DNA from: Nanobdellota archaeon | GTDB taxonomy: Archaea; Nanobdellota; Nanobdellia; Pacearchaeales; GW2011-AR1 | NCBI GenBank assembly: GCA_024654565.1 | Contig: JANLHM010000005.1 | Coordinates: 9,239-73,238, forward strand | Direction: 5' to 3' | Length of the DNA: 64,000 nucleotides | In this document: piece after piece, positions 1-9,641 of the stretch | How the letters are laid out: each line of letters opens with the position of its first letter | Numbering within the stretch: position 1 is the stretch's first letter | The notes under the pieces: model-generated | What the model was told of the DNA's origin: nothing | The model's input: the letters and a program-made list of their open reading frames with translations, nothing else | Databases searched by the model: none | Translations under genes and position numbers: made by a program

Positions 1-3000
1 CACAGTAACCAACTTCAACCCACCTCTGATTTGGTGTCCCAAAACTTCCGTCACTTTGTGACCCGGGGTTTTCAGTTGCACAGACTCTAACAATTCCGTC
101 GTTATACACTGCGGGATCAATTAAATCTGAAAAGCCTTCTTGTGCATTAAGTCCAAGTAAATTGTATAAATTTGGACCACCTGAAGTACATTCTTCTTGA
201 GTTTTAATGTCAGTTGTATTTGCTTCAGACTGAAGATATTTTTCTTTTAAGTAATCAAGAGCAAAGTCAGTTGTTACACTTCCAAATCCACACTCTTCTT
301 GGTTGTTCACCCTAACACAAAGTTCTTTATATCCTTCGGGAGCTGTGAAGTCAATTGTTTCAGTTTCGTATCCTCCAACAGCGATGTACCCTGAATCAAC
401 TGTTCTTATTGGCGAAATATCTCTGTAAAAAGATGAGCCATCAGTTTTCAAGTAAACTTGATAGTAAGCTCCAGCATTGTTTCCTGCAAATATATGGAAA
501 AACACTTTATAGTGTGCCTGAGGAGGGTTTGTTACACTTGAAAAAGGAATTGCTTCAAAGTTTGCAGTAAATTGAGGTGGACTGTCTGACTGACTTAAAA
601 CGTTCAGGGCCCCTGCATACTGTGGGAAAGCGACTGAAATAAAGTTTTTACATACGGCAGTTCCAACTTCTTCTTGACTTCTTGCTTTAAATGCGTCATA
701 TGAACTTATTGCATAATTTTGAGTAAAAAAGTCTACCGAAGACTCTGCATTCTCAAGTGCCCCCTGTATTCCTCCAATGTATTCACCTCCTCCTTTTGAT
801 CCTCCACCAAATATTAAAGTGTCAAGCTTGGGAATAGTTAATTGGACAATAGGTAGGGCAGTTCTCCATATCAATTCACAACCATATATACTATAAATTT
901 CATCACAAATTCCGACAGTTTTCCCTTCATTTAAGCTTGTTTCAAGACAACTTTGATAAGACTTTGTAACTGAAATAAATCCGTCAAGTCCTGCTTTTAC
1001 CCCGGTTAAACAAACTGGAACATAAATTCCTTCATTCCAGTTTGGAAGGCAAAGTGCAACACTTCCAATTACTCCTGACTGAATAACATCCCTTACCGGG
1101 AAATCTCCTCCAAAGTCACACCTTGATGAAGGACATATTACTGGGTCGCAAGCATTGAACAAAATCTGACAGTCTGTTGGACTCATAACATCAGTACATT
1201 GAGTTGTGGGTAGGTCAACTGCTGGACTTCCCACATTTATTCTTTTCCCATCCCTATTCACATCGACTTGACTTACCCCATTCTTGTATGCTCTTGATGC
1301 AGTTTCAACAGCACTTACTGCTTTCCTTACTAAATTTGTGGCTTCAGAATCTTCAAGACCTGGAAACTGATTATATGGTTGACCTGTTCCAAGGTTTACA
1401 AGTTGACAAATTTCATCCTGTCCAAATGGACTGTATTCAACCACCCCATTTGAACCTGCATTACATAACCAGAAATTGTTCACCCTTGCAGACTGGTCAT
1501 AAGCTCTTGTTTGTGTTACTGAAATTGTTTGAGGGATATATACATACCAACCATTGTCGACGTCAAAAGGAACAACTGCAGGAAGACCTTTGTATGGCTC
1601 AGTTTCATAATACTTTATTTCAGGGTCTTTTATTGGAGTTTCATATGAATTTGCATCATACCTTTTGAAATAAAGTTGAGAAAACTCAACAGGAAGAGTT
1701 TCCTGTGACGCTCTTGATACCCCACTTTCTGAATAAATAACAAGTCCCGCACTATCTCTAACAATGTTAAGAGTTCCAAGAACTTTTTCTTCAAGAACAG
1801 CATAATAAACTTTTCCTTCTGTCGTTACAATTTTTTCTATTGGAGTTGTTGAAATGAATTCTCCTGCAAAAGGTTTTGTTGTGAAGTCTCTAGCAAGTTT
1901 ACCAGAATAAGGAGAAGATTTAGTTTCTTTACCGACAGTCAAAACTGTTACTTCATTAGGATTTAAATTGTCAGTACTTGCAGCCTCATTTAATTTAACT
2001 CTATTGTCCGAATTCACCTGAAGACTATAAAGAGCCGTGTATAACCTCTTTTGATAAGTCGTGTCACTTGGACTTTTACTCACAAGTTTTGAATAAAGTT
2101 CAATATTTCTCGCGTCTTCAAGAGTATAAACCCCGTCTTTAAACCTGTCAAGAGTCAACGAATCTTTTACTTTTGTTAAATTTATTTTTTCTAAAGAGTT
2201 ATCTGGATTAACTACTTCAGACGGTAACCCCCCTAAAACTTGTGGAGCATAATTTTCTATTAACTTTTCTTGGTTAACAACATCATTTCCTAAAAAACCT
2301 CCTTCATTTGTGACACCTTTTAAATTTTCGAGACTTTCAAAATTTTCACTTTGTTGACTCATAATCTCACTCATTTCTTCTACCTGAGTTTCAATTGCAT
2401 TTGAATTTTCAAAAAGACACGCTTCATTTGAAGAATAAACTCCTTCCCTCACCTTATCTTTACAAAACTGATACCACCCTTTTTCTCCATTCATAACTTG
2501 AGTTCTTGCTAAACTTTGTGTGCCCGAATTAAATATTAAATTTTTAAGGGTAAGCACTGCTCCCGTTCCCATACAAACGTCTTTCATAGTGTCAACAACT
2601 GTTCCAAGAGTGTTTGAGATACTTTCAAGTTTATTTGTAAGTGCTTTAGTTTCTTCTATTTGGCTTTTTATCTGGTCTGGAGACAACTGGATTAACCTTT
2701 TTTCAATCCCAATGTTAAAACTAAAATTAACTTCACTTGATTCTTTTATTTGGGTGTGTATTGAAACCTTTGCAACTCTTTTGAAATTTATTTTTGTTAT
2801 GGTAAAAACATATTCAGACCCTTCTATGTTATAAGGAGAGTTTAATTCAAGATTCCTATTTGGAGAACCTAAAAAAGCCCCTATTGAAGAAAATGCACTC
2901 CTATTTTTAAGATGAAGATTAATGTTTGCACTTTCTTGGTCATTAATTTCATTTAATCTAATAAATTCCTGATCTTCAACTTTTCCGCTTGCTTTTAAAA

Positions 3001-5110
3001 TCATTTCCTTTCCTGTTTCAACACTAGACCCCTCTAACTTTGAGATTAATTGTTGAACTTGTGTTGTTGGTTTTTGATTGATGAAGTTTCCTTCACTAAC
3101 TGTAACTGTTGTTCCATCCATCCAATTAATTCTGTCAGCAGACCAAAGCCATTTGACATTATACTTGAAATAAATCTCTCCTCCACTACCTATAGCGTTA
3201 CTAATTGAATAAATTTGCTCTCCTTCAGATTGTAAGTTAAACAAAGGCTCAAGGTAAATTGTATCCCCCTTTAACATTTTTATTGGTTCATCAATTGTAA
3301 CTCCATCTTTTCTTACAAGTATTTCTATTCCGTACTCCTCATGCAGTGGAATTTGAATTCCCTCAAAAGAAATCTGTTTATAATCTCCATTTATTAAAAA
3401 TGTTTTTGAAGAAATTCCGTCGTTAAAGTATGCAGGAATTCCGTCACAAGGTAAAGTCTCCAAATTTGAATTTGGGTAGTTTGATTTAAATAAATCACAA
3501 TACTTTTTCAGGTCTTCCATTTGGCCAAGTTCTAGAGACAAATCAATTGCTTCCTTTAGTGCTTTTTCCCCTAAGAAATATTCTGAACCATCGGGATAAA
3601 CTTCACTTGCAAAGTTGTCTTTAATTTTTTGATAGTCCTTTACAGCACTTCCATAGTATCCACTTAAAGTCTCGTTTCCAAACTTCATGTTTGTTCCAAC
3701 ACCAAAACTTATAATTTCAACTTGTGTTCCAAATACTTTTCTTGGACTTTTATATTCAATTATTTCATAGTTATTCCCGTCAAAAAGCCAGTCTGTAAAT
3801 CCAAGAAAAGCTCCAAAAGCAATTTTTAAGTAATCTGAAGCTGCTTCTGGGTGAAGTATTTTAATTTCGGTACCTCTTGCAGTAGACTTTAAAGTTGCGT
3901 CATCAAGTTTTTTATTTTCTGGAACTGCTCCTGGAACAGTCACTAAACCAATTAGTGAATTTTCTAAATTGTTTTTATTTTTTTGTGTTCCCACATAACC
4001 TAAGTAAACATTTTTGTCCCCGTCATCATTAAGGTATAACCAGTCACCAGCTTTGTATTCTTTTGTGACATTGTTGATACTAAGGTTTATTGTTGGTTCA
4101 ATTCTTAATACAAATGACTCTCTTCCTTTTTCATCACTTAAACAGGATAATTTTACAGTTTGTCTTAACCCTTCTTTTTCAGGGTCATCCGTAATGCTAC
4201 ACTTATCATCCAAAAATGTTTCTCCTCTTTTAACTTCAAAAACTTCTGAATTTACTTTTAAAACTGCACGAGTGTCTGCACCTTCAATTCCATCAAGCCT
4301 TAAGTAAGAAGAAGCAAAGCATCCAAATCCAGGAAGAAAAAATGATGAAGAAGTTTCTCCTATTTCCATATTTCTTGTGAGGATCTTTTCCTTTTCGACA
4401 GTTCCGAGGTTTCCAAGTGACCTGTCATAAACTCCTGAATAAATAGAAACTGTTGCATAATTGTCCCCCACTTCATCAGCTCTTAAGTAACCCATATTGT
4501 TAAAAAAGGCATACTGACCTTGACGCTCATCAAATTCAGCGTCGCTCATTAATGGGAGGTAAAGAGTTCTATCAACTGAACCAAAAGCGTCAATTGCACT
4601 GTACCTTATTCTTGCTTTCAAACTTCCTGAAACAAAGTCAGGTATTGTTGACTCAAGAGGATTTTTTTCAAGGTAAATAACAGCGTAACCAATGTCACTC
4701 CATCCTGCACCTGTAAGTTGTCTGTCAAGCCCTAGAGCAGGGTATGTTGGTAAAAATGCAATTGTTGAAACTTCATCCGGGTAATCCCCCCCAAAAGATA
4801 TTGAATCAATTGCAACAATTTTTACAGCCGGGTTTATTTTAAAAGCCTGAAGTTTACAAAAAACAGGAGTATCTTGTTCCTCTAAAATGTCACTTCTAAC
4901 TACAGGCGGGCTACAACCTCCCGGAGCAATCTGAATAATAAAATCTTGTCCAGTCTCACACATCCCACTATTAATCTCAAGCTCTTGAACTTCTGAACCT
5001 AAAAAAGAGCCTGTTCTTGAGTCAATAAACTTTTCTGAAACAGCGTATGAAGAAGCAAAGCCAAGAAAAACTGTTAAAACTACAAAAACTAAAAACAATT
5101 TTTTAGTCAT
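1..5110 (-). CDS. giant secreted/cell-surface protein, partial (1,703 codons in window; C-terminus lies beyond the left edge)
   Basis: Minus-strand frame opens with ATG at 5110 (MTKKLFLVFVVLTVFLGFASSYAVSEKF.., Sec-type signal) and stays open to position 2 (last residues ..GTPNQRWVEVGYC). It is missing from the ORF track only because it has no stop in the window; any in-frame stop would have produced a listed ORF. The ATG overlaps the TGA of the upstream gene (ATGA, 5107-5110). No family recognised; the distal third is Cys-dense. Confidence 0.8.
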   Translation of the reverse strand, partial: MTKKLFLVFVVLTVFLGFASSYAVSEKFIDSRTGSFLGSEVQELEINSGMCETGQDFIIQIAPGGCSPPVVRSDILEEQDTPVFCKLQAFKINPAVKIVAIDSISFGGDYPDEVSTIAFLPTYPALGLDRQLTGAGWSDIGYAVIYLEKNPLESTIPDFVSGSLKARIRYSAIDAFGSVDRTLYLPLMSDAEFDERQGQYAFFNNMGYLRADEVGDNYATVSIYSGVYDRSLGNLGTVEKEKILTRNMEIGETSSSFFLPGFGCFASSYLRLDGIEGADTRAVLKVNSEVFEVKRGETFLDDKCSITDDPEKEGLRQTVKLSCLSDEKGRESFVLRIEPTINLSINNVTKEYKAGDWLYLNDDGDKNVYLGYVGTQKNKNNLENSLIGLVTVPGAVPENKKLDDATLKSTARGTEIKILHPEAASDYLKIAFGAFLGFTDWLFDGNNYEIIEYKSPRKVFGTQVEIISFGVGTNMKFGNETLSGYYGSAVKDYQKIKDNFASEVYPDGSEYFLGEKALKEAIDLSLELGQMEDLKKYCDLFKSNYPNSNLETLPCDGIPAYFNDGISSKTFLINGDYKQISFEGIQIPLHEEYGIEILVRKDGVTIDEPIKMLKGDTIYLEPLFNLQSEGEQIYSISNAIGSGGEIYFKYNVKWLWSADRINWMDGTTVTVSEGNFINQKPTTQVQQLISKLEGSSVETGKEMILKASGKVEDQEFIRLNEINDQESANINLHLKNRSAFSSIGAFLGSPNRNLELNSPYNIEGSEYVFTITKINFKRVAKVSIHTQIKESSEVNFSFNIGIEKRLIQLSPDQIKSQIEETKALTNKLESISNTLGTVVDTMKDVCMGTGAVLTLKNLIFNSGTQSLARTQVMNGEKGWYQFCKDKVREGVYSSNEACLFENSNAIETQVEEMSEIMSQQSENFESLENLKGVTNEGGFLGNDVVNQEKLIENYAPQVLGGLPSEVVNPDNSLEKINLTKVKDSLTLDRFKDGVYTLEDARNIELYSKLVSKSPSDTTYQKRLYTALYSLQVNSDNRVKLNEAASTDNLNPNEVTVLTVGKETKSSPYSGKLARDFTTKPFAGEFISTTPIEKIVTTEGKVYYAVLEEKVLGTLNIVRDSAGLVIYSESGVSRASQETLPVEFSQLYFKRYDANSYETPIKDPEIKYYETEPYKGLPAVVPFDVDNGWYVYIPQTISVTQTRAYDQSARVNNFWLCNAGSNGVVEYSPFGQDEICQLVNLGTGQPYNQFPGLEDSEATNLVRKAVSAVETASRAYKNGVSQVDVNRDGKRINVGSPAVDLPTTQCTDVMSPTDCQILFNACDPVICPSSRCDFGGDFPVRDVIQSGVIGSVALCLPNWNEGIYVPVCLTGVKAGLDGFISVTKSYQSCLETSLNEGKTVGICDEIYSIYGCELIWRTALPIVQLTIPKLDTLIFGGGSKGGGEYIGGIQGALENAESSVDFFTQNYAISSYDAFKARSQEEVGTAVCKNFISVAFPQYAGALNVLSQSDSPPQFTANFEAIPFSSVTNPPQAHYKVFFHIFAGNNAGAYYQVYLKTDGSSFYRDISPIRTVDSGYIAVGGYETETIDFTAPEGYKELCVRVNNQEECGFGSVTTDFALDYLKEKYLQSEANTTDIKTQEECTSGGPNLYNLLGLNAQEGFSDLIDPAVYNDGIVRVCATENPGSQSDGSFGTPNQRWVEVGYC

Positions 5111-6951
5111 ATGAATTTAAGGCCAACCTCCTTTGCCTCAACTAAAGAATAAACTATCTGGAGTTCCTGAATGTTTGTTGGATTGTTATATCTTTCAACA
5201 CTTATTTCAAGAAGATTATTTTTTGATAAATCTGATTCAGAAAAAGAAATTTCTTTTTGACCGCCTGCAACTAAAACATTTGAAATGTCCTGCTCGGGAA
5301 TGTTTATAGTTTGACATTCTTTGTGGGTTATTCCAAAAATTCCTCCAATTCCTGAAGGAACGTCAACACACTGCTCCATTGTTGTTGCTTCAAACTTCAG
5401 ACTCGAATTGTCAAACACATAAACTCTTACCTCGTAAACTCCTTCACTTAAGTTTATCTTTTTGTTTTCAGGATAAAGAAGTGTATAAGACCCCCCTAAT
5501 TCTTCAGAACTAAATGTTACAACTGCTTTTTCTCTTGAATTAGTGTTACTTAATTTTAAGGCAATTTCTTTTTCATAAACTTTATCCATAACAATTGTCA
5601 AACTTCCCCCATTCACAGTTGAAAACACATTTGAACTTTCTCTGTAACCACTGCTCTTCACGATAACGTTTCCATTAACACACTGCGGGAAACTTCCTTC
5701 AACCTTTCCATTAATTGTTTCTCCAACTTCACATGATGAATCAAAACACTCGTAAGAAACATTTCCTTCAACAGGATTTAATTTCGAATCAACAATTTCA
5801 ACAGTTACATTTGATTTTGCAGCTTCAGAACATAAATTGACTCTTTCAGAAGGGCTTATTACCACATCCCCAAATTTTATCGGGACATTGTTGTCAATTA
5901 TGATTGGGAAAGGGAACTGAAACAATTCGTCATCTTGACTTAATTGGACTAAAACGGAATACTTCATGTCATAAACAAAGTGATATGGAACATAACAAAA
6001 TCCTAATATTCCTAAACCCGGTTCATTCCCTATTGGTTTAGCAACAAGAATTGGGGAGTCTGCTGGTTCAACTTCATAAGTTGAAGGCCAATTTTCAAAG
6101 TTAATTATTCTCACATCTGAGTCTATTGGTAGTTTGAGGTTAAAGTATTCATCACTTCCCCCAAAATTTTTCATAGCAAGGAAATTGTCCCTCGTTGCGT
6201 TTTTTAATTCACTAAAAATTTCGTCAGCATTCCATATTAAAGGAGCACATGACAATTCAAATCCGTCAACTGGGGCGTAAAGCCTTAAAAAATCAATTGA
6301 ATAATTTTCTAAAAACATGTCTCTTTTCTCAATATTATAAAACTCAACTGCATCATTATATAGGGCGCCCATTTTTGAATTAACTTCAACTCTGTGATTA
6401 GTTACAGTAAGTGTTTCACTTCCTTTTTCCATGTTAAGGTTCATCTTAAGGAACACCCTAACAGACCTGTCTAGAATTGAAACTTCAACTTCTGGAATTC
6501 CCCGCCTTATGTTATAACCCTCTTCTAAAAATGAATTTAAGTTGCAACTTTCTATCTGGGTTTCAATATAATCTGAAAGTTGATTCTCTAAGTCTCCCTT
6601 GGATGGAACTTGGTTTATTGGGAGGTTGTTTCCACTAACTGTGTTCCAATACGGAATTCTCCCCCCAAAAAAATTAAGTTCTGATGAAAAAGGCATATAA
6701 GTTGAACCTGGTACAAATGCCGGAGGTTCAATGTAACCTCCTTGAGCACCTAAAACCTTTATCCCTAGCTCAGTTTTTCCACTAACACAATCAAGAAACT
6801 CCGTTTCAACAGGTTGAAAAGTCGGCGAAACCCTTTCTGGAAAAAGGGTGTCTTTAAAGATAAAGTATGAAGCCCCTAAAACAATTATCACAAGCGCAAT
6901 TATTACAAAAATTGTTATCTGTCCCCCCTTATTCCCCCCTTTATGAACCAT
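5107..6951 (-). CDS. large pilin-like protein (class III signal peptide-like N-terminus), function unknown
   Basis: 614-aa ORF. N-terminus MVHKGGNKGGQITIFVIIALVIIVLG has a short basic segment, G-Q, then about 20 hydrophobic residues, as in archaeal prepilin-type signal peptides. The head region is paralogous to 27024..27803. Confidence 0.7.
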   Translation of the reverse strand: MVHKGGNKGGQITIFVIIALVIIVLGASYFIFKDTLFPERVSPTFQPVETEFLDCVSGKTELGIKVLGAQGGYIEPPAFVPGSTYMPFSSELNFFGGRIPYWNTVSGNNLPINQVPSKGDLENQLSDYIETQIESCNLNSFLEEGYNIRRGIPEVEVSILDRSVRVFLKMNLNMEKGSETLTVTNHRVEVNSKMGALYNDAVEFYNIEKRDMFLENYSIDFLRLYAPVDGFELSCAPLIWNADEIFSELKNATRDNFLAMKNFGGSDEYFNLKLPIDSDVRIINFENWPSTYEVEPADSPILVAKPIGNEPGLGILGFCYVPYHFVYDMKYSVLVQLSQDDELFQFPFPIIIDNNVPIKFGDVVISPSERVNLCSEAAKSNVTVEIVDSKLNPVEGNVSYECFDSSCEVGETINGKVEGSFPQCVNGNVIVKSSGYRESSNVFSTVNGGSLTIVMDKVYEKEIALKLSNTNSREKAVVTFSSEELGGSYTLLYPENKKINLSEGVYEVRVYVFDNSSLKFEATTMEQCVDVPSGIGGIFGITHKECQTINIPEQDISNVLVAGGQKEISFSESDLSKNNLLEISVERYNNPTNIQELQIVYSLVEAKEVGLKFI

Positions 6952-7004
6952 TGATAAACAATGAAAAACCCGTATATAAATATTTGTTTAGAAAAGACTT
7001 AATT

Positions 7005-7220
7005 TCAATAAATTCTCATCCTTCTTGCAAAAAACAAGAGATAGAAAAAATTGAGAATTAACAAAATTCCAGTAATTAAAATTAAAATGTCGTTGGCTGA
7101 GCCAGGTAAATTAAAGTCGCCTAAAAAAGGAATTTTTGTGTTGACAATATAAATTCCAAAAATAATATTTATAACCATTAAAATTCTTTTTTTTACATCC
7201 CTCCTATATACCGACCTCAT
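7005..7220 (-). CDS. small hydrophobic protein (hypothetical)
   Basis: 71-aa ORF with two hydrophobic stretches, same strand and about 50 nt upstream of the 614-aa gene. No homology recognised. Confidence 0.35.
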   Translation of the reverse strand: MRSVYRRDVKKRILMVINIIFGIYIVNTKIPFLGDFNLPGSANDILILITGILLILNFFYLLFFARRMRIY

Positions 7221-7244
7221 TAAAAGGAAAACAATCTTAAGTAT

Positions 7245-7535
7245 TTAATTCTTTTTCCTGCCTACTTTTTTCTTAACTCCCCCGATAATTTGACCCCAAT
7301 GGTCTTTGAGCCGTTCTATTTCTGGTTCATAAGGACTAACTTTTGACAAGTAGCACAAGCTTTTGAAAAGTTCTTCTGGAAGAGTTCTTGCTTCTGAAAA
7401 ATAGTTCTTTAGCGTTGAATAAGGAACTTCAAATCCGAACTGGTTAAGTGCCCTAAGAGAAGGACAGTTAAGTTTTTCCAAAACATGGACAATAAACTTT
7501 CTTTGCTCTCCTTTTTTGAATCTTACCCTTGACAT
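7245..7535 (-). CDS. hypothetical basic protein, possibly DNA-binding
   Basis: 96-aa ORF with Lys/Arg-rich ends (..GGVKKKVGRKKN). No competing ORF. No motif assigned. Confidence 0.5.
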   Translation of the reverse strand: MSRVRFKKGEQRKFIVHVLEKLNCPSLRALNQFGFEVPYSTLKNYFSEARTLPEELFKSLCYLSKVSPYEPEIERLKDHWGQIIGGVKKKVGRKKN

Positions 7536-7667
7536 CTCCCTTTATTTTTTATCAATAACTTCTTTTTACCAATAAAATCATTTATATTTTTACTTTTTAA
7601 CAATGGCCTCTTTTATTAATAATTTTTTGTTAATAAACTTTAAATATCCTTAACACTTAAATAAGTA

Positions 7668-7862
7668 ATGACTAAATTTAAGGGATTAAAAATTTTTCTT
7701 TTTTTAATTGCAATTTTGATTGCATTATGGAATTACTTTTTAAGAAGTTCATTAAACCTTCCTTATCTTTCAACTTTTGGCGTTTCAACCGTTTACATTA
7801 TTTCCGTAGGAGTTCTTATTCTCGGGGTAATCCTCCACTATATGACAAGGTATTCTTACTGA
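7668..7862 (+). CDS. small membrane protein (hypothetical)
   Basis: 64-aa ORF with two hydrophobic helices, divergent from 7245..7535. Confidence 0.4.
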   Translation: MTKFKGLKIFLFLIAILIALWNYFLRSSLNLPYLSTFGVSTVYIISVGVLILGVILHYMTRYSY

Positions 7863-7931
7863 TTCCCATTAATTTTAAAAAATTTCATAAAGAAAAAGGG
7901 TGTTAACTGCGGGACCGCGTCTCACAAAAAC

Positions 7932-7939
7932 TTTATAAA
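7932..7939 (+). promoter_or_regulatory. TATA-box-like element upstream of L44e
   Basis: tttataaa lies 29 nt before the ATG at 7961. This spacing fits an archaeal TATA box driving a leaderless or short-leader mRNA. Confidence 0.4.
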
Positions 7940-7960
7940 GCAATTTCCAGACCTATTCTT

Positions 7961-8272
7961 ATGAAAATTCCAAAAGGAACTCAAAGGTATTGCCCATATT
8001 GTAAGAAAAAAACTGAACAGAAAATAAAGATAGTCTCAACGGGTGGAAAAAGGGGAACCTTGAAAAGAGGGGGTATTGCTAGGGCAATGCTTCGTGGTCT
8101 TGGTGTTGGAATAGGAAATAAGGGTAAATGGGGTTCAAAACCAGCTGTTTCAAAATTCAAAAGAAAATCAAAAACAACAAAAAAGACAAACATTATGTAC
8201 ACATGTAAGGCGTGTGGAAAATCAAAATATCAGAAAAAAGGGAAAAGGGCAGGAAGAGTAATACAGGAATAA
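7961..8272 (+). CDS. rpl44e: 50S ribosomal protein L44e (eL42)
   Basis: 103 aa, very basic. Two CxxC pairs (CPYCKK .. CKACGK) and the overall pattern of archaeal L44e. Confidence 0.9.
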   Translation: MKIPKGTQRYCPYCKKKTEQKIKIVSTGGKRGTLKRGGIARAMLRGLGVGIGNKGKWGSKPAVSKFKRKSKTTKKTNIMYTCKACGKSKYQKKGKRAGRVIQE

Positions 8273-8273
8273 A

Positions 8274-8816
8274 ATGGCACAAGCAAAAAGAAAAAAGAAA
8301 TTTTTCAATGTGGAAATTCCCCTAATAAGGAAGGAAACTCAGCTTCAGGCTTATGAAATTAAGGAACTTGGAAACAGATACATCAAGTATGACTTGACAA
8401 GAATTCTTAAGGGAAAATCTGCAATTTTAACAATTAAAACCCATGTCCATGAAGATGAAGTAATTACAATTCCGATTGAATTAAGAGTTTTACCCTTTTA
8501 CTTAAGAAGAATGGTTAGAAGGGGAACAAATTACATAGAAGACTCTTTCTCAACAAACTCAAAAGACTTTCAGATGAGAATAAAACCATTTTTAATTACA
8601 AGAAGAAAAGTTTCACGTGCAGTAAGAAAAGCCCTTAGAAATAAAACAAAAGAAGAATTGGAAAGGTGGGCAAAAGAATTGACTGCTGAAAACATGTTTG
8701 ACGACGTTCTTAAAGGAAAGATTCAAAAGGAACTTTCAGTAAAGCTTAAAAAAATTTATCCTTTATCTCTTTGTGAAATCAGGGTTTTAAAAGTTGAAAA
8801 AGAAAATTCAAAATAA
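8274..8816 (+). CDS. rps3ae: 30S ribosomal protein S3Ae (eS1)
   Basis: 180 aa. ..YLRRMVRRGTNYIED.. and C-terminal ..KIYPLSLCEIRVLKV match conserved S3Ae blocks. Starts 2 nt after the L44e stop. Confidence 0.85.
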   Translation: MAQAKRKKKFFNVEIPLIRKETQLQAYEIKELGNRYIKYDLTRILKGKSAILTIKTHVHEDEVITIPIELRVLPFYLRRMVRRGTNYIEDSFSTNSKDFQMRIKPFLITRRKVSRAVRKALRNKTKEELERWAKELTAENMFDDVLKGKIQKELSVKLKKIYPLSLCEIRVLKVEKENSK

Positions 8817-8866
8817 GGCCCCACAACAACTTTTAAAAAACATTGATTTCTTAAAAAGTTAGTTAT

Positions 8867-8938
8867 GCCTGCATAGCTCAGTGGTAGAGCAACTCACTTG
8901 TAATGAGTAGGTCGGGAGTTCAACTCTCTCTGCAGGCT
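8867..8938 (+). tRNA. tRNA-Thr (anticodon UGU)
   Basis: Hand-folded cloverleaf: GCCTGCA/TGCAGGC acceptor, GCTC/GAGC D stem, ACTCA-CTTGTAA-TGAGT anticodon arm, GGGAG-TTCAACT-CTCTC T arm. No encoded CCA. Confidence 0.9.
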
Positions 8939-9068
8939 TAATATTTAAACGAGCGACCGTTAAAGGTCGGGCGAGCGACTTGTGTTGTCATCAATTGATA
9001 TTATTTCGACGACACGAAGCGCGAGTGAGTTCAACTCTCTCTGCAGGCTTAATATTTAAACGAGCGAC
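8916..9068 (+). repeat. 42-nt direct repeat duplicating the tRNA-Thr 3' end plus 20 nt of flank
   Basis: gagttcaactctctctgcaggcttaatatttaaacgagcgac occurs at 8916-8957 and again, identical, at 9027-9068. A 69-nt spacer between them contains hairpins. Confidence 0.9.
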
Positions 9069-9100
9069 TGTCAAATTAAAAAATAAAAAGAATTCTTGAA

Positions 9101-9424
9101 TCACTTCAGTTTAACAGCTGTTCCATATGCAAGCATTTCGGAAGCTCCTTGCATAATCATTGAAGTCATGAATCTAAAACCTACAACTGCATCTGCACCT
9201 TTTGCAATTGCATCATTAACCATTCTGTTATAAGCTTCCTCTCTTGACTCGGAAATCATTTCTGTGTAAGTTTTTATTTCCCCACCAATGAGGTTTTTTA
9301 ATCCGGCACCAATATCACGACCAATGTTCCTTGCTCTTACAGTGTTCCCCCTCACAATTCCTAGATTTGTAACTATTCTTTTTCCGGGAATTTCATCAGT
9401 TGTTGAGACGATTATTTTTTTCAT
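9101..9424 (-). CDS. YbjQ/UPF0145 family protein
   Basis: 107 aa. ..TTDEIPGKRIV..LGIVRGNTVRARNIGRDIGAGLKNLIGGEI..Y..M....REEA..RM...A...GADAVVG.RF is the characteristic YbjQ (DUF74) pattern. Confidence 0.85.
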   Translation of the reverse strand: MKKIIVSTTDEIPGKRIVTNLGIVRGNTVRARNIGRDIGAGLKNLIGGEIKTYTEMISESREEAYNRMVNDAIAKGADAVVGFRFMTSMIMQGASEMLAYGTAVKLK

Positions 9425-9618
9425 CTTTTGGATTTTTTGCCCCCTTTTTCATATTTTATTTTTTCAATATTTTCTTCTTTTTTGTTTATGAGGATTATCC
9501 CCCCAAGAATTAAAATCGGAATTCCAAAAATTAAGAAAGTTATGTCCCAAATAAAAGAAGCCACAATCAAAAAAAGCCCGAAAACAGTAATAGACAAACC
9601 TGAATACATTTGTTTCAT
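9421..9618 (-). CDS. small membrane protein (hypothetical)
   Basis: 65-aa ORF with two hydrophobic helices and a basic tail. Its stop overlaps the YbjQ start by 4 nt, which suggests an operon. Confidence 0.5.
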   Translation of the reverse strand: MKQMYSGLSITVFGLFLIVASFIWDITFLIFGIPILILGGIILINKKEENIEKIKYEKGGKKSKR

Positions 9619-9641
9619 CTAACAACAATGAAACCCTTATT

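Noticed and set aside
355-4307. Plus-strand track ORFs (355-570, 1204-1668, 2520-2834, 4014-4307) inside the left 5 kb.
   Set aside because: They lie antisense to a continuous 1,703-codon minus-strand frame with a clear signal peptide. Their sequences are low-complexity Leu/Phe/Gln-rich shadow translations.
8958-9068. Second copy of the tRNA-Thr 3' end as a Nanoarchaeum-style split-tRNA 3' half.
   Set aside because: The copy shares only the T arm and acceptor 3' strand. The would-be T stem 5' strand is broken (GTGAG versus GGGAG), there is no anticodon-stem half, and no complementary 5' half is visible in the window.
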